Source of the DNA: Podarcis tiliguerta
Taxonomy: Eukaryota
Assembly (NCBI GenBank): GCA_965153285.1
Contig: OZ229113.1
Length of the DNA stretch: 64,000 nucleotides
Reading direction: 5' to 3' (one strand)
Below are positions 12,396-24,200 of this stretch, one piece after another. A program made the translations under genes and the position numbers. Within the stretch, counting starts at the first letter, position 1; every line of letters begins with the position of its first letter. The notes beneath the pieces were generated by a model that worked only from the letters and a program-made list of their open reading frames with translations, ran no database searches and was not told where the DNA came from.

Positions 12396-12621
12396 CAGTG
12401 GTACCTCGGGTTACATACACTTCAGGTTACAGACTCTGCTCACCCAGAAATATTACTTTGGGTTAAGAACTTTGTTTCAGGATGAGAACAGAAATCGTGC
12501 TCTGGCGGTGCAGCCGCAGCAGGAGGCCCCATTAGCTAAAGTGGTGCTTCAGGTTAAGAACAGTTTCAGGTTAAGAACGGACCTCCAGAACAAATTAAGT
12601 ACTTAACCTGAGGTACCACTG
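12396..12621. mobile_element. Tc1/mariner (Tigger-like) MITE
   Basis: TIR CAGTGGTACCTCGGGTTA; TA TSD; second copy at 39536. Confidence 0.88.
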
Positions 12622-13332
12622 TACTTTGCTTCTCCAGTTTCTGGAAAGTCATCAGTAGAGGCCTCAGACTAACCAGCCTGATCCCTCAAAATAATCCGAT
12701 TAGCCTACTGAGATATGGCTAAGAGAATAAGCCTTGAATCTGCTGCACCTCTGGTGTCAATTCATTAGATTACCTTAGACAAGCCAATCTCTTTCAGCCT
12801 CAGCATCCTCCCCTTGAATCTGAAGTATGATTATTGCATGATTATTCCACACAGAAGACACGTGCTATAGAAGGAAGTAAGAAGCACATGGGGCTTGTCA
12901 ACCTGGGAAAGAAGCCCATCTAGAAGGAGGAAAACCTCTTTAAGGAAATTTTAAACCTCTGCTGCCTTGCAGGATATCTTTGGGGGAATAAAAGGCTCAG
13001 GACCCTACACAAATCCAAAGTGGAGTCCCTAAGACAGTTGGATGACAAATTGTGCACCTCCTTCCAGCAACTCCTGCAGCCAAGCTGGTGCTAAATGTAT
13101 CTCTGTGTTTTCTTTGGACCACACCAGCAAGTCTGAGAAGAGCATCTTCTTGTCTGGGCAGCTCAGGACCTCCGTACCACACTGCCCAGGCTTGTGCCCT
13201 GAGGTGGTCACTTTGGTATTGCTAATGCAGCCTTTTGACTTCACCCCTGGAGGCACACTCCATTGTCTCTTGAGACAGATGGATGCCAACAGTGAGGTTT
13301 CTATGCATATGCAGATAGATAACATTTGGAAG

Positions 13333-13694
13333 GGGCGCGGGTGGCGCTGTGGGTAAAACCTCAGAGCCTAGGACTTGCCGATCGTCAGGTCGGCAGTTCG
13401 AATCCCCGCGGCGGGGTGCGCTCCCGTTGCTCGGTCCCAGCGCCTGCCAACCTAGCAGTTCGAAAGCACATCAAAGTGCAAGTAGATAAATAGGGACCGC
13501 TTACTAGCGGGAAGGTAAACGGTGTTTCCGTGTGCTGCACTGGCTCGCCAGATGCAGCTTGTCACGCTGGCCACGTGACCCAGAAGTGTCTGCGGACAGC
13601 GCTGGCCCCCGGCCTCTTAAGTGAGATGGACGCACAACCCTAGAGTCGGACACGACTGGCCCGTACGGGCAGGGGTACCTTTACCTTTACCTTT
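13333..13694 (+). mobile_element. Sauria SINE (subfamily B), full length
   Basis: 12-bp TSD AACATTTGGAAG (13321-13332, 13695-13706); (ACCTTT)3 tail; BovB-like 3' stem-loop. Confidence 0.93.
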
Positions 13695-13755
13695 AACATT
13701 TGGAAGAGTCAACTCCCTTTTCAGTAAAAAGAAAGTAATTTTGAAATCTACATTA

Positions 13756-13766
13756 TAGATAGATGG

Positions 13767-13812
<46 letters not shown>
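13756..13812. repeat. (GATA)n microsatellite
   Basis: Seen directly. Confidence 0.95.
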
Positions 13813-16800
13813 CAGATGCAAACAACACTTTCCTGCTATGGCTCAAATGGCATCTGTCTCTTTAGGAGGCCCAAGATAATCAGCTGAAAAGATTTACTAG
13901 AGTAGTGCATCTGAAAGAGGATTGAAAGTTCCAATAACTAAACTGATTGAACACATTGCAAAGGTTGCACAAGCTGCTTTTTGTCCTTGATTATTACCAT
14001 CTAAGCTCTCATTAGAATATGAAGAAGATAAAACTAGAGTTTGGTTGCGTTTGCCAAGAATATTTTAAAGTGCTCAAACCTAATGCCCAAAGTGCTTGTT
14101 ATGAAAATATTTTCCGTTTTTGTGGATACCTCTGGTTATCCCATCTCAGAACGAATATGGTTGAGTGAGAAATGACTAAGAAAAGGATTGGAGCACCTTC
14201 CCAATGAGGATGATGGAAGCAGCCAGTAAGCAAAATTGGTGCTTCACTTGTGACAAAGGGTAATCCAGTCCTCACATATAGCCAGATTAATGACAAAAAA
14301 CACAGGCTTCTGAGGAATGCGGCACATGTTCTCTTTTAATGCCAATTAATTAAAATGTGGTTTTTTAAATTAAAAGATAGGAAAGCTTCTCTTCTCAGGA
14401 AACTGAACAGTGCAATAATAATGTGTGCTGCTGCACAGTACAATCACAATGTGAACAGAGCTAGAAACAGGCCAACATTTTCTGCAATGTCGCATTTGGA
14501 CTACTTACCACATTTGCATACTACCTTGATTTCAAGTTCTATGTATATTAATGCGAACTCTGTCCCATTTTTTCCCTCACAACTATTGTGTAAGGTACAG
14601 TGAGCCTGCAACTTATGCACATTCAACTTATGTGAATTCAGCTTTACACTTGGCCAAAAAAACTAAAAGGGGGAGGAAAGGGGTCTGGGGTCTGTGGGGG
14701 AAAAGAGACTTTGGCAATTCCACCTGCCATTGCACCCAATGCATGATTTTGGCTTCAGCATGATCCCCGGAACTTAACAACATGCAGGTTGTAGGCTTAC
14801 TGTACGTTAAGTTCAGAGAGAAAGTGTGGCTGAGCTTCAAAGCTGCATGTGGATTTGAACCTTAGTTTCTTTGATGCAAGTCCAACTACCCCATGTTCTT
14901 CTGATGCATGTGTCAAACTACAAACATTAAAATTAGTGGGCTGAGGGACTAAAGCATATTTGATTAGTGAGCTACTGTTTTGGATGCTCTAATTCACTCT
15001 CATTTTCTTAAAACGGCCTTGTTCTCTAGCTCCATTTCATCAATCTACATCTGTATGCCAGACATGGCTCTAATCTGCATCTGGTTATGCAACATTGTGC
15101 ACATTACTGTGTGAAGTGGATGGAGTGGGTTTAAGCTTGTAAACATGCTCATTTCGTTCTAAGAGAAAATTCTCGCCTGAATTAGGTAACGCTCAACATT
15201 AGAACTGCTGGAAAAACCACCAGTGTCACAAATTGTTTTCTGCAAAAAAATAAAAAAATGCAATGTGCGAAATTAACTATGTTCATGACGATACCTTTAA
15301 AGAACCTGGCCCAATTAGCCTGAGGGCTAGAAGTTCACAGCTAGATTTGTGTTAACAGGAGTATCTCTTTTAAAGCCATCAGAGATGGCAAAGGAAAAAA
15401 AGGCTAAGTGAGGGTGAATTCATTCAAGGCTATTTAGGTCAAAAGAAAGCCACAGCAGTTATGTGGCGGCTACTCTCAAAAATATTTTTTTTAAAACCCT
15501 GTAATTTGAGATGTTGCTTTTAAGTTCATAGCACAGAAACCAGAAAGTGTGTAGAACACTGTCAGCAGTGCTTGATCTTGGATATGCAGGTGCACAGATG
15601 TTCTCAAACGCAAGCATGGCTAGAAAATTTGACTGAAGCATTAAGATACCTATTATCCACCATCAAGGGGCACACATGGAACTCTGGAGTATTTCCTGTG
15701 CAAGTGCAAACTTGACCAGACTCCAGAAGACTATGAGGTGGCTTCTGGGCAGATAGCAGACTTCCCTAGCCTGCTCTTACCACTGCAGCCCATGTGCCCC
15801 TAATCAACTACTCACGAGGGTCAGGGGGTCTTGCTGTACTACAGCTAACATGATTGAAAAAGTAAACTATGGCAAAGTGCTGTGAGTAGGTTGAACAGCT
15901 TCACACAGAGACAGAGCACTTGAGGTCCTGTCCCCCAAACTTTCAAATTTGTGAAATTCTGGATGAAAAAAAAAAAAAAAAACCATGAGCAAATAATATC
16001 TGAAATCCTTTGACCCCACAGTTTAGGTCAGATCATGCTTCAATGTAGATACAGCTACATTAAACTGAAATGCCACAGAAAGTATTAAATATTATATACA
16101 ATAAGATCAAGGCATCGTTGGAAATACAGAAACAAAAAGGAGATTTATAGTATTATGCCAAAGGTCAAATGTGACCTCAGGGGAAAAGTTTTTGTGCAGG
16201 AAATAAAACAAAAATCTTCATCAATGTGAAAGAACAGCGGGAACGTTCCTGCTTCTGGGAAGAGCAAAACAGCAGATAAGAATGAAATTATCTTGTAAAA
16301 GAGAAGTAACTTTAAAATAGAACCACTTTATGTTAAGGATTCTGCATAATCAGTTATTAAAACAAAAGACAAACCAATTCATATTTAACGGTGTATATAT
16401 CTTTTAATGTACCGAAATACGAAACAGTAATTTGGGTTCACTGGCAATGGCTTCTGTGGTTTTACCATTAGATGGTAAAAAAGCTGGTTTTGCACTGCAA
16501 CGTTAATATTTTGGGGAAATTCCCGAGCTTCATTTTCAGAAGCAAAGATATTATTTTAAAAGTTACTTAAGAGAAAGTACAACTCTGAACCTGAACGTAG
16601 CACATAAAAATAATTTAGCAGGAAGGCCCCTCTTTCAAAATAGACACCTGTGAGATTGCATGTAGAAGAATATTTCAACCAATGGTTTGAACAAAGAAAA
16701 GGTCAAATGTGAGTACTAAAACTACAGCAGCCTGTGTATCTGCTTTCCAAAGGCTCCAAAACCCTGGTATATTTCCTTCAAAATGGAACAAAATCTGTAA

Positions 16801-17370
16801 AGTAGCAAACACAATGTCTATTCGGGCCCTGTAACAATCTATCAAGTTTGCAATTGTCATAATAGCAAAGAAGGCATCACAGCAGTGTATAAAAAATATG
16901 GTTGCATCTAGCACCAATTAAGATAGCAAAAAATCCTGGATGGAATTACTTATTTCCTGTGAATCAAGTAGGTCAACGTGTCAAGTTTACATTTCCTTTC
17001 AGAAACATACACATGCCAGTCTCTAAACAAAAGATTGCTGTGGCTGCAATCATTAGAAATGAAAAAGGACCCAATAATTTTGAAAATGGAGTGAAATGCT
17101 GAATGCCTAATTAGGCTGGTTGTCACAGAAAAAGCGTGAGCGAGAATGATCAGAATTTATAGCACTGTAGAAAGCCAACACGTTGCTGACAGATAAAAGA
17201 AGCTCCCAAAATATTTCTGAAAAGCGCACCTATATGTATTAGACTCCATAAACTAAATTCAAGTAAAAAAAAGAAGTCCCAATCAGTTTTCTTTTCCTCC
17301 CTGGACCGAATAACGAGAGCTCCACTACAGTCCTTTCTGAGATAGCCCTTACAAAAGGCCAAGTCCTTCA

Positions 17371-18267
17371 TTACCTACTCCAAGTGCTTCTTTGGTTGCT
17401 CAAAGATCTCTTCCGGTGCTTTTGTTTCTTGCTTGTGCTCTTGTGGCCATGACTGCGCCCTCTTTTATCTTCCTTCCTGTCTCTGCTTAAGGATCGCCTG
17501 TGCCGTGCATATTCCCGACTTAAGCTCCTCAGGCCAGGACTGCTCCCTTTCGCAGAGTATTTCTTATGGAGGCGCCTTTCCTTCCTACATTTTTCATCAT
17601 CGCTACTCAAGTCTCTTCTGTGCCTGCTTTTTTCAGTCTTATCCTTGCTATGATGGTTGCCCATGTCTCTGCACGAGCGAGTCTTCCCCTTGCTCGGCTC
17701 CCTATTGCATTTGCCTTGCTCAGACAGCAAGTCTTTCTTGCAGGTGTTCTGCTCACGGTCTGGGGTGGTCTTGTGTTGCTGATTTGTAGGAATGCATGAA
17801 AGGACACCTGAACTACTTTCATCGGAAACAGTGTCCCTGTTACTGACATTAATCTTAGTGTCTTTGATGGGAACATCCTCATGCAGGCTTCCATTTAAGT
17901 ACTTTGGCTGACTGCTCACACTTTCATTAGCCTTTATGCTGCTAGGACAGAGCTGCATCGGTTTGGCTAAAGGGGACTGCATGGAAGTAGATGCAACACA
18001 ATGGGGAACACCCACCAGCGCTTTCAAAGGCATAGGCTGCAGTGCATTAGCTTCACTCTTCTTCAGATGGGTTTCTTCTACCTTCTTATTCATGAGGTTG
18101 CTCAACAGTTTCTCCCTCAACTCTCTTTCTTTTCTCTGCAGTCCAAGAGCTCTCTCTTTTTCTTCCTCTACCCGTCGGAGTTCAGCTTCTTGCAGCCTCC
18201 TCCTTTCTTCCAAGTGCTGAAGGCGGATTTTTTCCTCGTTGTGCTCCTGTTCCATAAGCTTTATTGC
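17371..18267 (-). CDS. AKAP17A: AKAP17A last coding exon
   Basis: Acceptor ctttttAG at 18268; AIKLMEQ... to TAA; RS-rich C-terminus. Confidence 0.93.
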   Translation of the reverse strand, partial: AIKLMEQEHNEEKIRLQHLEERRRLQEAELRRVEEEKERALGLQRKERELREKLLSNLMNKKVEETHLKKSEANALQPMPLKALVGVPHCVASTSMQSPLAKPMQLCPSSIKANESVSSQPKYLNGSLHEDVPIKDTKINVSNRDTVSDESSSGVLSCIPTNQQHKTTPDREQNTCKKDLLSEQGKCNREPSKGKTRSCRDMGNHHSKDKTEKSRHRRDLSSDDEKCRKERRLHKKYSAKGSSPGLRSLSREYARHRRSLSRDRKEDKRGRSHGHKSTSKKQKHRKRSLSNQRSTWSR

Positions 18268-21200
18268 CTAAAAAGATAGAGAGAAGAGATTTCCCTTAGT
18301 TCTATATCAAATACACTCCTGCCATGGCAGGGTCAACGTTGCACAACTTCAGAGAACTGTTAGAAGGGAAACTATTCCCCAAAAAGGGAACTACACAGAC
18401 CACAAGTAGGCAGGCTGCATCCCACAGAGACCTTCCCTGCAGCCCAACTCAATACGCCCCATCAGCGCAACACACAGATATATGCAGGGAACACAATTTA
18501 CATAGGTAGAAAGGGCTTCCTCCACCATTCCCTTTACCGCCTATTGCAATAGTGCTTTCCTCAGCCTGCCAAACAGCTGTCTGATGGGCTGGGGGAGCAC
18601 GTTGCCCAAGCCAATGAACTGGAGAAGGGGGAGGCATGTGATAGGACCTCTGCTTATCATGTCCCTCGTCTCTCTTGCTGCTCAGCTGACTGGCACTGGG
18701 AGGAGCTGAGAATTCATGGACAATGGGTGTGTGTACCCATTGGGTTCGCTGAAAGAAAGGTTTGTGAGCTTGCATGTGAGTGTGTGTGCACTCCACCCAT
18801 CAAATGCAACTCTCAGGGCCAAAAAGAATTGCCCATCTCAACACTCACCAACACACTAAAGGACAGAACCGTAGCAGATTTACTGCTTCTCATTCTTAAA
18901 TTGCTAATGCAATCCAGCAGCCTTTCTGAAATAGGTTAAAAGCAGATCACTTCCTAAGAAACAAGTCTGAACAACCCAACGAAGAAGCTCAAAAGGACCG
19001 AAAGATAAACTCTACTTTATACTGATCAACTTTTGCAACAAATAATTTTGCACTGTTGACAACTTGGTGACATGAAGACTTTAAGATTTAAGAAAGGCTT
19101 GAGATTAAGGAAAGTCGGAACTTTATTTTAGGTTTTTTTATTCTCCTTGAATGAATTGCTAGATTTTCCTAGGATTTCAAGTCTCTGTAAATTACTATTC
19201 AGGTCCTAAATAAATTTATAAGCAGAGTTATCTCATGAAACTGACAAATTGTTATTTGTGCCACAGAAGCAAAATCAGTGTCCTAAACCCGGCAAATGAG
19301 CACAAGCTATACATGAAAAGGTCCTTGATACAAACACATAACAACCTTCACTCCTCAAATGCAACAACTGCATTCTTGTGAACTCAGAAAAGCCTTTGAT
19401 GCAGCAAGCTTCGTGACTATCCCAAAGCTGGTCAATGATCCCTTACTGGAGAAACTAAGGTAATGGCACTGGATAAAGGGAGACGCAACTCCCAGGTCCT
19501 TTGCATGCTTCCTGGATACAGGTTTTAGTCCCTTTTGCACAGATTGCATCACACACTGGTTCAGCTTTATGATGTTGGAAAACACAGTAGCCTATTTGTC
19601 CCTCAAACAGGAAAGAGGAGTGAAGACAGGGTTGGGCCTAGCGAAAACACAATGCTAACAGCAAAGTGCTATGAGCATCACTTAAAATGGAGTAACTGAA
19701 GAGGCATCATTATAAAATAGAGAGAAGAAATCCGTGTGTGTGTGTGTGTGTGTGTGTAATTTATCAAATCCTCACTTATAAGCTGCTGGGGTTTTTTTAT
19801 ACTGCTTTCCCATGCACACATGTCCAAACCTTAAAAACAAACAACCAGTTACCTTCGCTCTGCTCAGCAGTTCAGCAATTAATCGAATAGACTGAAGGTT
19901 TCTCTGAGCTAAGAGAAGCTTCCTCTCTTCAAGCTTTATTTTCTCTTGTAGTTTTTTTTGCTCTTCAGCTTGTATTTTTTCAAGCCGCTTTTTGTTTCTA
20001 CGAATTTCACGATCCTTTTGTTTCTGCTCTCTTTTGCGCAATTTCTCTTCTCTCTTTCTCTCTCTCTCCAATTCCTCAAGTTCTTTCTGTTTCCTAAGGA
20101 TAAAGATTGCAGTTAGTCGGAATAGGTACAATTTTAAAGGGTTTTAAAGAATTCTTCAAACAAACAAACGAAACTACTACTAACAGCTTCAAATTCATTT
20201 GGAGATTAAACCTCACCATTTTCAAAGGACTGCTCCAAGTTAAGGATTGAAGTCTTACGAAACAGAAGTAAGAAACAAAGCCATATTGAGCACAAAGCAA
20301 CATTTCTAAATATTTTCCCAAACCACAACAAGAAGGTAAAACAGAACTGATACTATTTTGATCATTTGATGGATAAGAACGTGGTATCAAGAACACCATG
20401 AATTTGTTAAGTCTAATACACATTAACAGAATTGGCCATTAAAACACCTGTTTTCATCAGGAAGGTGGTAATGCAAAGTGTGAGAAGAACTGCTCACATT
20501 CTGATATGCTGTGGATAGATGCCATGCCTTCTATCTGGCATAAAGCTAGCTCTGCATCAATAAGTTTGGGTGTAATTTCTGCAGCTAAAGCCATCAGTCT
20601 GCAAGAGCTGTGCTATTAACATCTGTAGTGATGAAATGCTTTGAGAGATTGGTTCTTCAACATCTTAGGACATTTTTTCCACCGGATTTTGATGAACACC
20701 AGTTCGCTTATAGGAGAAATAGGTCAACAGATGATACCATAGCCACAGCTTTTCACCTTGCAGCGAGTCATCTGGAGAGACCGGAGAATTATGTCAGAAT
20801 GCTGTTTCTTGAATATAGCTCGGCTTTTAATACCATCCTTCCGGACATTCTTATTAAAAAACTGAGGTACCTGGACCTTTCTTCTACCATCTGTGATTGG
20901 ACTAAAGACTTTCTGAGGGATCGCACACAAAGAGAGGATTGGGCCTGTTACATCTACCTCTCTGAAGCTCAGCACTGGCACCCCACAGGGATGCGTGCTG
21001 AGTCCCTACCTGTACTCATTGTATATATGACTGTATCTCATCCGATCCATCTACTGTAATTATTAAGTTTGCAGATGATACCACCATAATGGGTCTAATT
21101 ACAGGTGGAGATGAATCAGCGTATAGGTTCAAAAAGTCTCGACATGGTGCCTAGAGAATAACTTGCACCTAAATAACAGTAAGACAAAGGAGATGGTGTT

Positions 21201-24200
21201 GGACTTTTGGAGGAAGAGAGGGGAACTAGCCCCATTGTATTTCAGGGGGGCTGTGTGGAGACAGTCTCTTCCTTTAAATTCCTGGGAGTCTACCTTAGTG
21301 AAGACCTCACTTGGAAAATCAATACAACCCGGGTGGTTAGGAAGGCCCAACAGAGACTCCATTTCCTCAGGGTCTTGCGAAAGAAAAATGTCAAAGAAAA
21401 ACTGATGATCTCCTTCTACCGGGCCACAATAGAAAGTGTCCTTTCATACTGTATTACAGTGTGGTACACTGGTTTTACAGCCACAGACGGGAAGTCCCTA
21501 CAGAGGGTGGCGAATACAGCACATGACATCATGGGCTGTCCCCTGAGTTCGCTAGATGACATTGCAGGAGACCGCTGCCTCAGGAGAGTGAGGAAAATTC
21601 TTAGGGATGACTCACACGACGGCCACCACCTCTTTAATCTCCTACCTTTGGGCAGGAGATACAGAAGTATAGTCAGCCACACCAACAGGTTAAAGAACAG
21701 TTTTTATCCATGGGCTGCTGAATGGAAAAAAATAGTGGTGCAATTGACTTCCGACAAGCACACAGAGTGCGAACAAGACTGCGTATATGGGGGGGGGGGT
21801 TAATTTCACTGCACACAGGTGGTGTAGTGACAATAAAAGTTTATTATTATTATTGCAGTAGAACACTGCCAAGAGTATCAAAGAGCTACTGAAAGCCATT
21901 TGAGGCTATCCATATTCAAAACAGAACCACTGAAATCAGTTGACTTTATTTCAATGGGTGTCCTCTGAGTATGACTAAATGGTATCACCCCATGGTCTAG
22001 AATCATGGAATTAGACATATTTGGTGGCATATTAATTATCTTCAACCACAACCCAACAAAGTATACCAGCCTTATTCGTAACATGCTCAGTAACACTTTG
22101 ATAAATAAGATGCTCAAGAGAAATGCACAGAGTAACCATTCACAACAGTGCAGTGTCAATGGAACTGCTCTGAAGTAATTTCATCAAAGACTGCAGCTTG
22201 GTGTTCTATCAGAAGGTTTAAACAGATTGTACTAGACCAGGGGTAGCCAACATGGTCACTCCAGATTTTGTGGAGCTATAAACCCTTGTCATCCCAAACT
22301 ACTAGCCATGCTGGCTGGAGCCAAAGGGAGATATAGCCCAACATCATCTTGAGATCACCACGTTGGCTACTCCACAGTAGACCTACAGGAGCTTAACTAA
22401 AGACACATATTAACAGGATCAAGTGTGTTAAGCTTAATTAGCTGAAAGTGGAAAAGGCCTTGCTCAGAAACTGTTATTTTCTTAGATTGATTTTACTGTC
22501 AGAAGCAACAGTGAACAGTCTATTGTTGTGCTTTCTAGATGAATAGTAGCATTTTCCAAAAGGTTATATCAAACACCCCAGTGTATGGCTTCTTAATGTA
22601 AACATTTACATAAAGCAAAATACAAATGGTTTACAATATTCAAAACATCTCTGAGGAACAAATTGCTCTGAGGAAGAAATAACTATGTTACATTTTACAA
22701 GTACAAAAACGTTAACAGAGTTTGTTATTTCTTAGGAAGGAAGCGTACCTTTCCTCCTCTTTTTGTCTTTCCTCTGCTTCTTTTTCTTTACGTTTTTGTT
22801 CTTCTCTCTGTTTTTCAAGCTCTTGGAGCTTCTGCCTTTCAAGCTGACGTTTCTTAATTGAAGCATCACTCAGGTGTTTTGTTGAATCAAATGAAACCTT
22901 TTACAGACACAGAACAAAAAGTATTCACATTAAAGTACACAGACAGATTTTTAAGCGTTCCATTTGATTTCACTGTGCATTTTAGAATGGAACACTTGTG
23001 GTTACCAGTTACAGAAGCTTGAAAACTAAGCCACATCAGGTCTGTCCACACTAGTAGACACTCTGATTTAATGTATATTATCACGGTTAAGGATATTCAT
23101 TCCTAACCTTTAACAGTCCTGAACGACAGTGGTTCTCATATTTTGCCGCAGTGTGCCTCCTTAAGTAATTATCAAAAAAGCCTTGCAAGATTTTTGAACT
23201 GTAAATGACAGGCTTCCTAGTGTTTACTTGTCCTTTACTCAGTAGGAAGAACAAGCAAAAGGGACGCCGAGAGGACATTATTGACTAGGTGGCACGTACA
23301 TACAATTCCAATTAATCCACCCATAAAATGGGAACACTGAAAGATTCCAATGTTGAATGCATCATTATTCAAAATGCTCACATAAGACTTTTTATTACAG
23401 TTGCAATGGACTGCATTCAAAAGGAACACAAAGGTTGCATGCCTGAAACCATATTGCAATGCAGATAACAATGAATTCCCAGTAATTGATGGGCTGATTC
23501 AACTATTTTCCTAGATGTCCACTCGTACTGTTAAATCCACTAACTTACCCACATGCCTTTCTAGTTAAACTGATTATCTGCTGACTAGATAAATACTGTT
23601 ACTTCTAAATGCAAACTCTAATTTCACATAGAGTTCACTCTATTCTTTAACAGAACATATTAAACAGGGAATTATATACTATTAAAAAAAATCAGCTGGA
23701 AAGATAAACATAAATAATGCCAGAACAATTGCTCTTCTTTTCAGTGTTATGATTACATGAATGGCCAAAAAATCATGATTACATGGATTGGCAAAGTAAC
23801 TTTCATTTTAAATTGGGAATTGCATGATATAATGTATGAACCAACCAACCATCAGTCTCTCACAAGACAACTTAAGCATATTTTCTTATGTCACTCCTAC
23901 TCTCTGTTCCCACACGCAGCAGAGCCCTATTTGGGTGTTCATCTCCCCAATGCAATTAGAATAATATAAGGGAGACTGGAGACACAGCAGTTGGTCCAGC
24001 CCCCATCATGTCCCCATACCAGGCTCCATGCCCTTCTACTTCCCTGGGTGGTGAATATGTGCAGTGGGGAGCTTGCTTCACTCATGAGATCCATGTGCAA
24101 TTTAGAGTCATGTAGAGTTTCAATCCCATAGGGAACCTCTATGAATGAAGCAAGCTCTCTGCTATAGATATTTCCATCCCTACGTTGAGACGGGGAACAA

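Noticed and set aside
14300-17370. End of the AKAP17A 3' UTR
   Set aside because: I saw no unambiguous AATAAA on the minus strand, only ATTAAA candidates (about 16403 and 14335); 3'-end data are needed.
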